A DNA stretch of 32,000 nucleotides from Psychrobacter cryohalolentis K5 (GTDB taxonomy: Bacteria; Pseudomonadota; Gammaproteobacteria; Pseudomonadales; Moraxellaceae). Positions 17,213-26,643 of this stretch are shown here, in pieces; the first letter of the stretch is position 1; every line of letters starts with the position of its first letter. The position numbers were made by a program, and so were the translations under genes. The notes under the pieces were generated by a model. The model saw nothing but the letters and a program-made list of their open reading frames with translations, had not been told where the DNA came from and ran no database searches. The DNA is taken from contig NC_007969.1 of NCBI RefSeq assembly GCF_000013905.1, positions 2,580,001 through 2,612,000 of the forward strand. Direction: 5' to 3'.

Positions 17213-18586
17213 ATGTGGAAAAATATGGGTTTGACCGGCAAAATTATTGTTGCCATGGTGCTCGGTATTATACTGGGTCTATTTATAAACTACTCTGGCT
17301 TGAACACGGAAGGCAGCTTTGTTAATAATTATGTCACCAACGGTTTTCTTGCCATTGTCGGTAAGCTGTTTGTTAACTCGCTAAAAATGCTCGTCGTGCC
17401 ACTGGTCTTGATTTCACTAATCTGCGGCGTATGCGGTATCGGTGATATTCGTCTATTAGGGCGTATTGGTACTAAAACCTTTTTCATCTATATGGTGACG
17501 ACAGCACTGGCGATTGCAACTGCTATTGGGCTTGGCGTGCTGTTTGGTATCGGCAAAGGCATGAATATAGCAACAGAGGCGGCGTTTGAAGCTGAGAAAG
17601 CGCCACCACTACTCGATGTATTTTCCAATATTATTCCCTCTAACCCCATCAGTGCGATGGCAAACGGCGACATGCTATCGATTATCTTCTTTGCCGTTTT
17701 GATTGGTATTAGTATTTTGATGGTAGGAAAACCCGCTAAAGGCTTAGTTCAAAGTTTAGAGCTCATCAATGAAGTCATCTTAAAAATGGTGACTATCATT
17801 ATGAATCTTGCACCATATGGTGTCTTTGCGCTATTGACCAAAGCAATGGCAGAGCTTGGCTTAGACCTGATTTGGTCATTACTTGGTTATGTTGCGGTAC
17901 TGGTTGGTTCACTGGCATTCCATTTCTTTGTGACCATGATGATTGTCCTCAAGCTGTCTTCAGGCTTGTCAGTCAGAACGTTTTTGGCAAAAATGCGCGA
18001 AGTACAGATTTTTGCTTTTAGTACTTCAAGCTCGAATGCAACGATTCCAATTACCTTGCGCACGGTCACCAAGCGCATGGGTGTTAATAACTCAGTTGCT
18101 TCATTCACCATCCCTTTTGGCGCGACGATCAACATGGATGGTACAGCCATCATGCAAGGCACAGCGACCATTTTTATTGCCAATATTTATGGTATTGACT
18201 TGGGTATAACTGAGTATTTGACCGTTATTTTGATGTCAGTGCTCGCCTCTGTCGGTACGGCAGGTGTTCCGGGTGTTGGTCTAATCATGCTGTCAATGGT
18301 ATTTGCCCAAGTCGGTCTACCGATTGAAGGTATTGGTCTTATTTTAGGGGTCGACCGTATCCTTGATATGTTACGTACAGCAGTCAATGTCGGCGGTGAT
18401 GCTGCGGTGACCGCTATCGTCGCAAAATCAGAAGGTAAAATGGATTTAGCGATTTATAACGATCCTGATGCTGGCTCAAAAGATGTCTTTGACGGTCATA
18501 TCGATGAGAACAGCGAACGCGAATTCTCTGAAGTCTTTAGCGATGGCATTATGGGCAGCGAGTATGACGATGTTAAGCGCGGCTAA
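17213..18586 (+). CDS. Dicarboxylate/amino acid:cation symporter (DAACS family, GltP/GltT-like)
   Basis: Family motifs FSTSSSNATIP (HP1), TINMDGTAIMQG and DRILDMLRTAVNVGGD (the Arg is retained, suggesting an acidic substrate). It has an acidic ~45-aa C-terminal tail. Confidence 0.85.
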   Translation: MWKNMGLTGKIIVAMVLGIILGLFINYSGLNTEGSFVNNYVTNGFLAIVGKLFVNSLKMLVVPLVLISLICGVCGIGDIRLLGRIGTKTFFIYMVTTALAIATAIGLGVLFGIGKGMNIATEAAFEAEKAPPLLDVFSNIIPSNPISAMANGDMLSIIFFAVLIGISILMVGKPAKGLVQSLELINEVILKMVTIIMNLAPYGVFALLTKAMAELGLDLIWSLLGYVAVLVGSLAFHFFVTMMIVLKLSSGLSVRTFLAKMREVQIFAFSTSSSNATIPITLRTVTKRMGVNNSVASFTIPFGATINMDGTAIMQGTATIFIANIYGIDLGITEYLTVILMSVLASVGTAGVPGVGLIMLSMVFAQVGLPIEGIGLILGVDRILDMLRTAVNVGGDAAVTAIVAKSEGKMDLAIYNDPDAGSKDVFDGHIDENSEREFSEVFSDGIMGSEYDDVKRG

Positions 18587-18618
18587 TCGTGATCAGTGAT
18601 TGCCTATAAATAAGTCAT

Positions 18619-18653
18619 AAAAAAACCTCAGCCGATTGGTCTGAGGTTTTTTT
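18619..18653. terminator. Bidirectional Rho-independent terminator between the symporter (+) and the yfcA-like gene (-)
   Basis: AAAAACCTCAG (18621-18631) pairs with CTGAGGTTTTT (18641-18651), with a 9-nt loop. Confidence 0.88.
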
Positions 18654-18712
18654 ATGCAGCAAGTAGGTTTTTAGACCAAGAGTTGCATTCTTCTTGATCA
18701 ATCTACCCTCCA

Positions 18713-19468
18713 CTAACCAAGTACATATTTAGTCACCATCACAAGACAAACCAATACAATCATGGGACGAATGAGTCTACTGCCGCCTTTTACTACCATA
18801 TGCGAGCCAAAATACGCCCCTATAGTTTGCCCTACCATCATCGCCAGCCCTACTGTCCACAATACATTACCGCCCAATATAAAGAAGATTAATGAGCCAA
18901 TATTGGTCGATAAATTCAGTACCTTTGCCGCACCAGTTGCTTCGATAATTTTTCGACCACGTAATGCCACATTGCCAAGCGCAAAAAACATACCTGTCCC
19001 AGGTCCCATATAGCCGTCATAAAAACCAATTAAAGGGGCGGCAATTTTTTGCCAAGCACCTTCTGAGATACGAGGGGCAGCTTCCACTTCACCAAGTTTG
19101 GGGGCAAACAAAGTATAGATACCAATGGCTGCAATCAAAAATGGAATCAGCTTTTCTAACAAGTCAGGTGGCGATAACTGCACCGCGATTGAGCCAAAGA
19201 TAGAGCCAATAAAAGCCGCAATAATCGCTGTCTTAATGTTCTTGGGTTTAACCACACCCTTTCTAATCATGGTAATAGACGCTGCTAGTGCCCCTGATGC
19301 TGCTTGTAGCTTATTGGTACCCAGTGTCAATACAGGCGGAATATTGGCAAGTAGCATGGCAGGAATAGTCAACAAACCACCGCCACCAGCAATAGCATCG
19401 ATAAAACCTGCCAACGCGGCTACAGCGGTCAACATTAAAATAACTTCAATAGAAAGGGATACGTCCAT
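18713..19468 (-). CDS. TauE/SafE-family membrane protein, YfcA-like
   Basis: FIDAIAGGGGLLTIPAMLLANIPP...GTNKLQAASGA closely resembles E. coli YfcA as recalled from memory. I prefer ATG 19468 (MDVSLSIEV...) over the track TTG at 19483. Confidence 0.78.
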   Translation of the reverse strand: MDVSLSIEVILMLTAVAALAGFIDAIAGGGGLLTIPAMLLANIPPVLTLGTNKLQAASGALAASITMIRKGVVKPKNIKTAIIAAFIGSIFGSIAVQLSPPDLLEKLIPFLIAAIGIYTLFAPKLGEVEAAPRISEGAWQKIAAPLIGFYDGYMGPGTGMFFALGNVALRGRKIIEATGAAKVLNLSTNIGSLIFFILGGNVLWTVGLAMMVGQTIGAYFGSHMVVKGGSRLIRPMIVLVCLVMVTKYVLG

Positions 19469-20034
19469 GACACTGACCTGCAAAATTTATGATATAAGAG
19501 ACACAAGCCTTAAAACATTCAACCAATTCTACTTTTTAGCAGCATTTTTTTAGCAATACTTTTTGATAGTATTTGTTTAAAAACGCTCATTTAAAAGTAG
19601 TTGGATGAATATCAGGCAAAAAATATGGATAGATAATGTGTATATTATTTTGATAACGGCTAATGCTATAAGAGTCAAATCCGATGCTAACCGTTACGTA
19701 AAGCGGCTTATTATAAAGATAAAACTGCGAAAAAAGCCATAACCCTAGCAAAGTCTGCTAGATTTATCGCACAAGGTACTTTAAAAACAGCTTTTTTCGT
19801 CATGAAGCTTTCAAGTTAAAAGGTAAAACCGGTAACCTATTTCATTTGTTTATATGAATAAGAATATGAGAAACTAGGGATATACATCTATTACACTGGT
19901 ATTATAAACATCAGTGCTAACAAAGACTCGTCCCCATATGTGGTCGCGTACTTAAGGCGGAGCCATTACAGACATACAAGAATACTTGAGCTTTTGAATA
20001 CTTTCGCACGTTTTATTTAGTTAATGAGGACAAT

Positions 20035-21237
20035 ATGGCAATACATAAAATCAGAGCGTTTTTTAATCTCGAGGCTTCGGGCGGTATCGTCCTAGCGCTG
20101 GCAGCTATCGCAGCAATGATTATTGCTAATACTTCTCTAAATACGTGGTACGAATCCTTTATTCACGCACCTGTCGCTATTCAAATTGGCAGCTTCTCAA
20201 TCGCTAAAGATGCGCATCATTGGATTAATGATGGCTTGATGGCAGTGTTCTTCTTTTTAGTGGGACTTGAGCTTAAGCGTGAAGTGTTAATCGGCGAGCT
20301 GTCCAATGTAAAGCAAATTATCTTGCCAGCAGGAGCGGCTCTTGGCGGCATGATCATGCCAGCCATCGTCTATCTGTTTTTTAACTATAATGAACCTGAG
20401 TTTTGGCGAGGTTGGGCGATTCCTGCCGCAACCGATATCGCCTTTGCTCTTGGTATTTTGAGTTTACTTGGTAATCGCGTACCCAATTCATTAAAAGTAT
20501 TCTTAGTCTCGATTGCTATCTTTGATGATATCGGCGCGATTATTATCATCGCTTTATTTTATACCAATGATTTATCACTTGGTTCACTGGCTATCGCGGG
20601 CTTATGTCTGCCGTTTTTATATCTGCTTAATCGCCGTAACGTTACTAGCATAACTCCTTATTTGCTAATTGGCGTTATCATGTGGGTTGCCGTACTCAAA
20701 TCCGGTATCCATGCAACGTTAGCTGGGGTTGTATTGGCGCTATTTATTCCTTTATTTGATCGCACTGACCCTGAGCATTCCCCGCTTGAAGAGCTTGAAC
20801 ACGACCTACAAAACACAGTTTCTTACGGTATCCTGCCATTATTTGCTTTTGCCAATGCGGGCATTTCGCTTAAGGGCGCAGGGTTTGGTGAGCTGTTTCA
20901 TTCTGTACCGCTTGGTATTGCCGCTGGACTGTTCATCGGTAAACAAGTAGGCGTCATGCTGATGTGCTGGTTAATTTTTAAATTGGGCATTTCTACTATG
21001 CCAAAAGGCATGAACTTTAAGCAAATCTACGGCGCAGCATTGTTATGTGGTGTAGGCTTTACCATGAGTTTGTTTATCGGTGGGCTTGCATTTGCCGGTG
21101 AGACACCATTATTTGATGAGCGTTTGGGTATCATTATGGGTTCAATCGTCTCTGGTATCGCAGGTTATATGATGCTCAAAGCCACTTTAAAAGATGAGGT
21201 TAATGTAACCTCTGTAGACTTAACGCGTCATTCTTAA
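20035..21237 (+). CDS. nhaA: Na+/H+ antiporter NhaA
   Basis: NhaA hallmarks: [34 protein letters not shown] and [16 protein letters not shown] (the DD pair). GAGGA Shine-Dalgarno. Confidence 0.93.
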   Translation: MAIHKIRAFFNLEASGGIVLALAAIAAMIIANTSLNTWYESFIHAPVAIQIGSFSIAKDAHHWINDGLMAVFFFLVGLELKREVLIGELSNVKQIILPAGAALGGMIMPAIVYLFFNYNEPEFWRGWAIPAATDIAFALGILSLLGNRVPNSLKVFLVSIAIFDDIGAIIIIALFYTNDLSLGSLAIAGLCLPFLYLLNRRNVTSITPYLLIGVIMWVAVLKSGIHATLAGVVLALFIPLFDRTDPEHSPLEELEHDLQNTVSYGILPLFAFANAGISLKGAGFGELFHSVPLGIAAGLFIGKQVGVMLMCWLIFKLGISTMPKGMNFKQIYGAALLCGVGFTMSLFIGGLAFAGETPLFDERLGIIMGSIVSGIAGYMMLKATLKDEVNVTSVDLTRHS

Positions 21238-21315
21238 TGTACGATTGAGCTACTTTATCCCAAAGTAGCTCAATCAACTTCATAAAAAGCAGTTGCTACA
21301 GAGTTGCTCATAAAT

Positions 21316-22680
21316 ATGGATTCCATCGACATCTCTAAAAAAATCGCTAAAACAAGTGCCGCCAGTGCTCGGCAAGGTGCAGGCTGTCATCAAGCGCCTG
21401 TTTCTTATCAGCATCATGGACGCACCACTGCCATTGATGACCATAGTGATCTGCAAGTATTAAAACGCATTAAGCGCTATCTACTGCCAAAAGACTTTGT
21501 CATCTCGCAAGATTTGTTAGAGGAAATAGTTGCAGGCTACGATATTGGCGATCCAATAGCAGATGATCTAGCCTCTGATGGCATTCGTTTTGCCAAGCCA
21601 TTACAGCAGTTTATTATTGATAAGAAAGCGGACTCTAACCTCAAGAATAATTCCTCATTCAACGCATTAACTGAACAATTTAGTCGCCATCCCGACTGGT
21701 TTGATCCCAAGCTTGCCCAAATCGGCGCGGTTGCCTATCGCCGTTATCCACTGATGCTGATTTGGTTGTTGCGTAATGTAGCCCTCATGGCAGGCTATAG
21801 TATCCCTGCCTTATCGCTACCGCTGATTCAGACTGGCGCACTGATGCATGACGCTTTACCAAGATTGATGCGTACCTACGCCTATATCTTGGCGGTCTCT
21901 GAGCACCCTCAATTGCATTTAGATTCAGAGCATAGCAAACCTAATATTGAACGAGTATTGGCTATCGGCTCTGAAGGTTGGCAGCAATCCATTAAAGTAC
22001 GTCAAATACATACCTCAGTACGACAGAACTTGCTCAAAGGTAAAGGCAATGCTGCTAAAGGCGTCATACCAGATGCCAACCAACATCACAACCCAGATGG
22101 CAGCTGGAATACTGCATATTGGGGTATTCCTATCAATCAAACCGATATGATTGCTACTCATTTGCAGTTTTCACTGTTGATTATGCGTGGCTTAAGATTG
22201 CTTGGCGCCCGTATTAGCACTGAGGAAGCAGAAGGCATTTTGCATTTATGGAATCTTGCCAGTTATTGGATGGGAGTTGATTTGCAGCGACTGCCAAAAG
22301 ATGAAGCCGCCTGTTGGGAATGGCTCTATACCTATTTGTCGATTCAGCAGCTTGATTTTAAAATGGGACGACCACTGGCAAAAGCCCTGCATGATTTGCC
22401 ACGTCAGCTGATGGGTGAGGACAATCGCCGTGGGCGTTTTGTTGAGATGGTCAATGCCAGTGTGACCCGTACCTTGGTTGGTGATGATATTGGCGATGGG
22501 CTAAACCTACCAAAATCCAAAATACGCTTTGGCGTATTGTCTTCCGTGCCGATTCTATTTGCCCTCGATACTGCCCGTCAACACAATAGTAGAGTCGCCA
22601 ACAAGCTAGAAGCATTTCGTGCTAAACGCCAAGACAATATGAACTGGTGGTTAAAGAAAAATGATGAGTATTATAAATAG
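21316..22680 (+). CDS. DUF2236 / MpaB-like oxygenase family protein (tentative)
   Basis: Pattern YRRYPLMLIWLLRNVALMAG...RLMRTYAYILAV...VRQIHTSVR...NQTDMIATHLQF resembles the DUF2236 family consensus as I recall it. I prefer ATG 21316 over the track TTG 21304. Confidence 0.5.
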   Translation: MDSIDISKKIAKTSAASARQGAGCHQAPVSYQHHGRTTAIDDHSDLQVLKRIKRYLLPKDFVISQDLLEEIVAGYDIGDPIADDLASDGIRFAKPLQQFIIDKKADSNLKNNSSFNALTEQFSRHPDWFDPKLAQIGAVAYRRYPLMLIWLLRNVALMAGYSIPALSLPLIQTGALMHDALPRLMRTYAYILAVSEHPQLHLDSEHSKPNIERVLAIGSEGWQQSIKVRQIHTSVRQNLLKGKGNAAKGVIPDANQHHNPDGSWNTAYWGIPINQTDMIATHLQFSLLIMRGLRLLGARISTEEAEGILHLWNLASYWMGVDLQRLPKDEAACWEWLYTYLSIQQLDFKMGRPLAKALHDLPRQLMGEDNRRGRFVEMVNASVTRTLVGDDIGDGLNLPKSKIRFGVLSSVPILFALDTARQHNSRVANKLEAFRAKRQDNMNWWLKKNDEYYK

Positions 22681-22764
22681 AATGCATTCATTTATTATCA
22701 CTAACGTTTATAATAACGATCCTCCTTCGCCAAAAACATGATTATTAGCGAGTATCTAACACTT

Positions 22765-23502
22765 CTATGATCGAGTATCTTGTATGCGGTAATACCACTC
22801 TAGTTGCCGATCAAAGCCTGTTTCTAATAAACTGGCAATGACTCGTCCCGTCAGACCCCACACTGTTTCGCCATCTACTTGCCAGCTCGGTGTCAGAAGC
22901 GTTGCTGCCTGATCTTGCAATGTATATTCTATGGAATATTCGACTGTTGGCTGAGTTAATAAAGTCTCAAAATCTGCCCAAAAAATGCGTGATATCTCCC
23001 CAAGCTCTGGTACCAAAAGCAGATCTGGCGCAATAAGTGCCACAATAGGACGTACACTCATACCACTTTTAGAGGTTTGGATAGGCAATTGACCAAGCAG
23101 CTGAACTTTATTAGGCGGTAGCGCAGTTTCCTCGCAAGCCTCACGTAGGGCGGTAACGACATTGTTACCATCACCTAGTTCATGTTTGCCACCAGCACAG
23201 GATACCTCGCCAGCATGACTGTTCATATGAGCAGCGCGGCGAGTCAGCAGCAGCTTAGGATGGCGCTCATGAGTGATAGCGACCAAGATAGAGGCATCGG
23301 CGATTGGGGTTTGATAAAGACTATTTAAAATACGGGCACTGCGCGAATGGTCGTGAGAGTCATAAAGCGCGGGACTAGCAATAGCCTTTAAGGTCTCGTG
23401 CTGCACCCGTTCAGCCAACTTTCTGATCGTGGGATAACGTATAAAATCTGGTACAGCAACTGTCATTTCATCAAAACGTACGGACTGTGAGGGATTTAGC
23501 AT
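22765..23502 (-). CDS. Nudix hydrolase, CoA pyrophosphatase (NudL/PCD1-like)
   Basis: CoA-type motif LLLTRRAAHMNSHAGEVSCAGG followed by Nudix box ...ALREACEETAL. The spacing is identical to E. coli NudL GG-N13-LRE. Confidence 0.8.
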   Translation of the reverse strand: MLNPSQSVRFDEMTVAVPDFIRYPTIRKLAERVQHETLKAIASPALYDSHDHSRSARILNSLYQTPIADASILVAITHERHPKLLLTRRAAHMNSHAGEVSCAGGKHELGDGNNVVTALREACEETALPPNKVQLLGQLPIQTSKSGMSVRPIVALIAPDLLLVPELGEISRIFWADFETLLTQPTVEYSIEYTLQDQAATLLTPSWQVDGETVWGLTGRVIASLLETGFDRQLEWYYRIQDTRS

Positions 23503-23661
23503 TATAATTGCCCTGTATTTTTATCAGTATTAGCCATCAAAACCTTGAATAGTTGCAGCAAGCAGATTGCGACAACCGTCAGACAGACATGGTCTTTTAT
23601 CATTGTACGACTGCAATTGGTCCTCATGGATCAAGGGTGTCATTCATATATTATTTAGGAA

Positions 23662-24183
23662 ATGCTCGTGGATAAGATTTTTTCATTACATAAAATGCAG
23701 GGCAAAACTGATGATTGCCCGCAAAGATTGCCCTTAGTCATCATTGCCATTGCTTGGGCTGGCGGAACAGTTGCCACTGCTGTATTGGCATTACTGGGAA
23801 ATTGGCAAAATATCGCGATGATTTTGGGCTCATTTGGCGCCAGCTGCCTGCTTATTTTTGCTTATCCAGAAAGCCCTTTTGCTCAGCCAAGAAACATTGT
23901 CGGTGGTCATCTTATTACTACCTTTACTGGCTTAGCTTTTATGTCTTTATTTGGGGTTGAGTGGTGGAGCTTGTCCCTTGCCGTTGGTACGGCAATTGCT
24001 CTCATGTTACTGCTGCGCGTACCGCATCCACCTGCAGGCTCCAATCCATTGATTGTGATGCTCGGCGGCGTAAAGTGGCATTTTTTGCTCACTCCGACGC
24101 TAGTAGGTGCCCTTGCCTTGGTAGTGGTAGCGCTGATTTACAACAATATTGGTCGTGGCAGACACTATCCGCGCTATTGGTAA
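23662..24183 (+). CDS. HPP-family integral membrane protein
   Basis: Four TM segments and the eponymous RVPHPPAGSNPL motif. The start is uncertain because the AGGA lies too close to ATG 23662. Confidence 0.78.
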   Translation: MLVDKIFSLHKMQGKTDDCPQRLPLVIIAIAWAGGTVATAVLALLGNWQNIAMILGSFGASCLLIFAYPESPFAQPRNIVGGHLITTFTGLAFMSLFGVEWWSLSLAVGTAIALMLLLRVPHPPAGSNPLIVMLGGVKWHFLLTPTLVGALALVVVALIYNNIGRGRHYPRYW

Positions 24184-24381
24184 CATAGTCAATTTAAAGT
24201 AGAGTGACTTATAGCCTAGCGCAATCTGATAATAACTGCATACCTTTTGTGTGACTGATAGGCTTGGTCTATTCTGTTGGCACACAAGGAATTCCAGCGG
24301 TGATTCAACTCACAAAATACGCTATTATTATCATTGCCAGTATGAGGAAGATTTGTGTTATCTTAATATAAAGGGCGATTG

Positions 24382-24397
24382 TCAGATAATCATCTGA
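24382..24397. promoter_or_regulatory. Palindrome TCAGAT-AATC-ATCTGA upstream of the Nudix gene
   Basis: 6-bp perfect arms. It is part of a cluster of CTGATA/TCAGAT motifs between ~24255 and ~24442. Confidence 0.25.
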
Positions 24398-24416
24398 TAT
24401 TCGATAGCCCTAGTAT

Positions 24417-24442
24417 CTGATACAACAACCTGATACAACAAC
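24417..24442 (+). repeat. Perfect tandem duplication of the 13-mer CTGATACAACAAC
   Basis: 24417-24429 and 24430-24442 are identical and adjacent, ~75-100 nt upstream of the 24515 start. Confidence 0.8.
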
Positions 24443-24514
24443 AATTATAAATCTTAAAGCTATACGTCTTAAAGTAACCTTATCTCTCTCATTTCATTAT
24501 ATAAGGCAGTCGAT

Positions 24515-25078
24515 ATGCGCTATTGTCTACAATGCGGTTGTGAAGCAGAACGCAAAATACCAGCTACGGATAATATACCGCGTTTGGTATGCCCAAACTG
24601 TCATTATATTCATTATGAAAACCCAAAGATAATTTGTGGTTCGCTGGTCGTCCATAAACATCGGGTGCTGCTCTGTCGACGCGCAATCGAGCCGCAGTAT
24701 GGCTTATGGACGTTACCTGCAGGCTTTATGGAAAACGGCGAAACCATGGCCGAAGGTGCCGCGCGTGAGAGCTTTGAAGAGGCTGACGCGGTCGTGATCA
24801 ATCCACATTTATATTGCTTGTATGACATTCCAGATATTGGTCAAATCTATAGCATCTATATCACCGAACTAAAAGACGGTGCTTATGGTATCGGCTCTGA
24901 AAGTCTTGATTGTGCGTTATTCACAGAAGAAGACATTCCTTGGGATAAGCTTGCGTTTGAAGCGGTACGCCGTACCCTAAAAAGCTATTTTGCAGACCGT
25001 CAACATTACGACAGTTATGATCAATTCCCAATTCATCAAGAGATCATTGGTAAAGACCAAGCCATTAAGCGCTATTAA
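24515..25078 (+). CDS. Nudix hydrolase with an N-terminal zinc-ribbon
   Basis: CLQC...CPNC four-Cys ribbon followed by Nudix box GFMENGETMAEGAARESFEEA. AAGG Shine-Dalgarno. Confidence 0.85.
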   Translation: MRYCLQCGCEAERKIPATDNIPRLVCPNCHYIHYENPKIICGSLVVHKHRVLLCRRAIEPQYGLWTLPAGFMENGETMAEGAARESFEEADAVVINPHLYCLYDIPDIGQIYSIYITELKDGAYGIGSESLDCALFTEEDIPWDKLAFEAVRRTLKSYFADRQHYDSYDQFPIHQEIIGKDQAIKRY

Positions 25079-25124
25079 TAACGAAGCTCGCTAAAAAGCT
25101 GACTTACAAAAGCAAGTAGTAAAG

Positions 25125-25168
25125 ACCGTTGATAAGAATTAAGCTCAAATCTTATCAATGGTTTTTTA
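25125..25168 (+). terminator. Rho-independent terminator after the Nudix gene
   Basis: ACCGTTGATAAGA (25125-25137) pairs with TCTTATCAATGGT (25150-25162), 13 bp with one G-U, followed by a T-run. Confidence 0.75.
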
Positions 25169-25209
25169 TTGCCTAATGTTAACTGCTTAAGCTAAGTCGC
25201 GAGGATACC

Positions 25210-26529
25210 ATGCTGACACTACAACACTCTTTTGCCCTATTACCGCTAACTTTAGCCCTAGGGCTGACGAGTGTAAGCGGTCATGCTGAAAACACTTCTT
25301 TAACCGCTAAGGAATCAGACCCGCAAACGCTTGGCTGGAGGCAAGGTTTCCCGCCTCCAAAAGGCAAGCTAATCACTCAACCACAGTCGGACTTTTTTAG
25401 TTTTCCCAAACTGCGTTGGACAGTCTGTCATATTCGAGAGCTAATGCCCACTACCGAAGTCAGTCGCGGTATCGGTGCACCATCCAAACTTGACTATGCA
25501 CTCGATAAAAATATTGATGCCATTACCTTTACCCCAACCAATAGCAAACGCCCTATGACATGGCGGCAGTCACTTGATGCCAACTATACAGACGGCATTA
25601 TGATCCTGCATCATGGCAAGGTCGTCTATGAGCGTCAAAATGGTTGCCTCAATGAGCTGGGTAATCACGCCGCAATGTCGATGACCAAGTCAATGACAGG
25701 ATTATTAGCAGAAATCCTCGTCACCGAAGGTAAGCTTGATGATAAGGCATTGGTTGCCTCTATTATTCCTGAGCTGGCAAAAAGTGGCTTTGGCGATGCC
25801 ACCGTACGCCAAGTGATGGATATGACCACGGCGCTCGATTATAGTGAAGACTATGCCGATCCTGACGCAGACATCTGGAAGTATTCAGAAGCGGCAAGCC
25901 CGTTACCAAAACCCAAAGGCTATAGCGGACCCAATGGCTATTTTGAATATCTGCAAACGGTACCTAAAAAGGGCGAGCACGGTGTAGAGTTTAACTATCG
26001 AACCATCAATAGTGATGCACTCGGCTGGATTATTTCACGCACCACTGGCAAGGCAATCGATGACCTGCTCTCTGAACGTATCTGGCAAAAAATCGGTGCC
26101 GAACAAAGCGCGTATATGACGGTCGATGCTAAGGGTACGCCGTTTGCTGGCGGCGGCATCAGTGCAGGTTTGCATGATATGGCACGTATTGGCAGCTTGA
26201 TGCTCAATAAAGGCGAGATGAATGGTGAGCGCTTATTCCCAACAGCGGTAGTCGATAATATCGAAGCTGGCGGTGATAAAGGCGCATTTGCAAAAGCGGG
26301 CTATAAACAGCTCAATAATGGCAGCTATAAAAGTATGTGGTGGCTGTTTAATAATCCCACGCCTATTTATGCAGCACGTGGCGTCCACGGTCAAACGGTC
26401 TATGTTGATCCAGCAGCCGATATGGTCATCGTTCGCTTTTCCTCATACCCTGAAGCCAGTAATGGTAAAATCGACCCAACTTCGCTACCTGCCTATAAAG
26501 CAGTCGCTAATTACTTAATTAAAAAGTAA
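25210..26529 (+). CDS. Secreted beta-lactamase-fold serine hydrolase (class C / esterase-like)
   Basis: Signal peptide (LALLPLTLALGLTSVSGHA) and SxxK nucleophile motif SMTKS. The size and layout fit the beta-lactamase-related family. GAGGA Shine-Dalgarno. Confidence 0.78.
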   Translation: MLTLQHSFALLPLTLALGLTSVSGHAENTSLTAKESDPQTLGWRQGFPPPKGKLITQPQSDFFSFPKLRWTVCHIRELMPTTEVSRGIGAPSKLDYALDKNIDAITFTPTNSKRPMTWRQSLDANYTDGIMILHHGKVVYERQNGCLNELGNHAAMSMTKSMTGLLAEILVTEGKLDDKALVASIIPELAKSGFGDATVRQVMDMTTALDYSEDYADPDADIWKYSEAASPLPKPKGYSGPNGYFEYLQTVPKKGEHGVEFNYRTINSDALGWIISRTTGKAIDDLLSERIWQKIGAEQSAYMTVDAKGTPFAGGGISAGLHDMARIGSLMLNKGEMNGERLFPTAVVDNIEAGGDKGAFAKAGYKQLNNGSYKSMWWLFNNPTPIYAARGVHGQTVYVDPAADMVIVRFSSYPEASNGKIDPTSLPAYKAVANYLIKK

Positions 26530-26565
26530 GCCTTTAAGAAATAGCGCTTTAAAATACTCAACCAA

Positions 26566-26612
26566 AACAAAACCGCCGCTTTCAATATAAATACTGGAAG
26601 CGGCGGTTTTTT
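26566..26612. terminator. Bidirectional Rho-independent terminator between the serine hydrolase (+) and the M16C protease (-)
   Basis: CCGCCGCTTTC (26573-26583) pairs with GGAAGCGGCGG (26596-26606), 11 bp including one G-U, GC-rich, flanked by A- and T-runs. Confidence 0.88.
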
Positions 26613-26643
26613 ATATAGATACTGATTTTTTACAAGTTAAAAG

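Noticed and set aside
10539-19468. The two TauE/SafE-family genes (10539-11321 and 18713-19468) as a possible recent duplication or linked system.
   Set aside because: The sequences are clearly divergent, one generic TauE-like and one YfcA-like. They are 7 kb apart with unrelated neighbours, so nothing suggests a functional pair.
19711-19803. A 30-aa minus-strand ORF (MTKKAVFKVPCAINLADFARVMAFFAVLSL) in the long nhaA upstream spacer.
   Set aside because: There is no convincing Shine-Dalgarno (only GAAAG), no recognisable motif, and a short ORF is expected by chance in 550 bp. It is kept only as part of the 'long spacer' finding.
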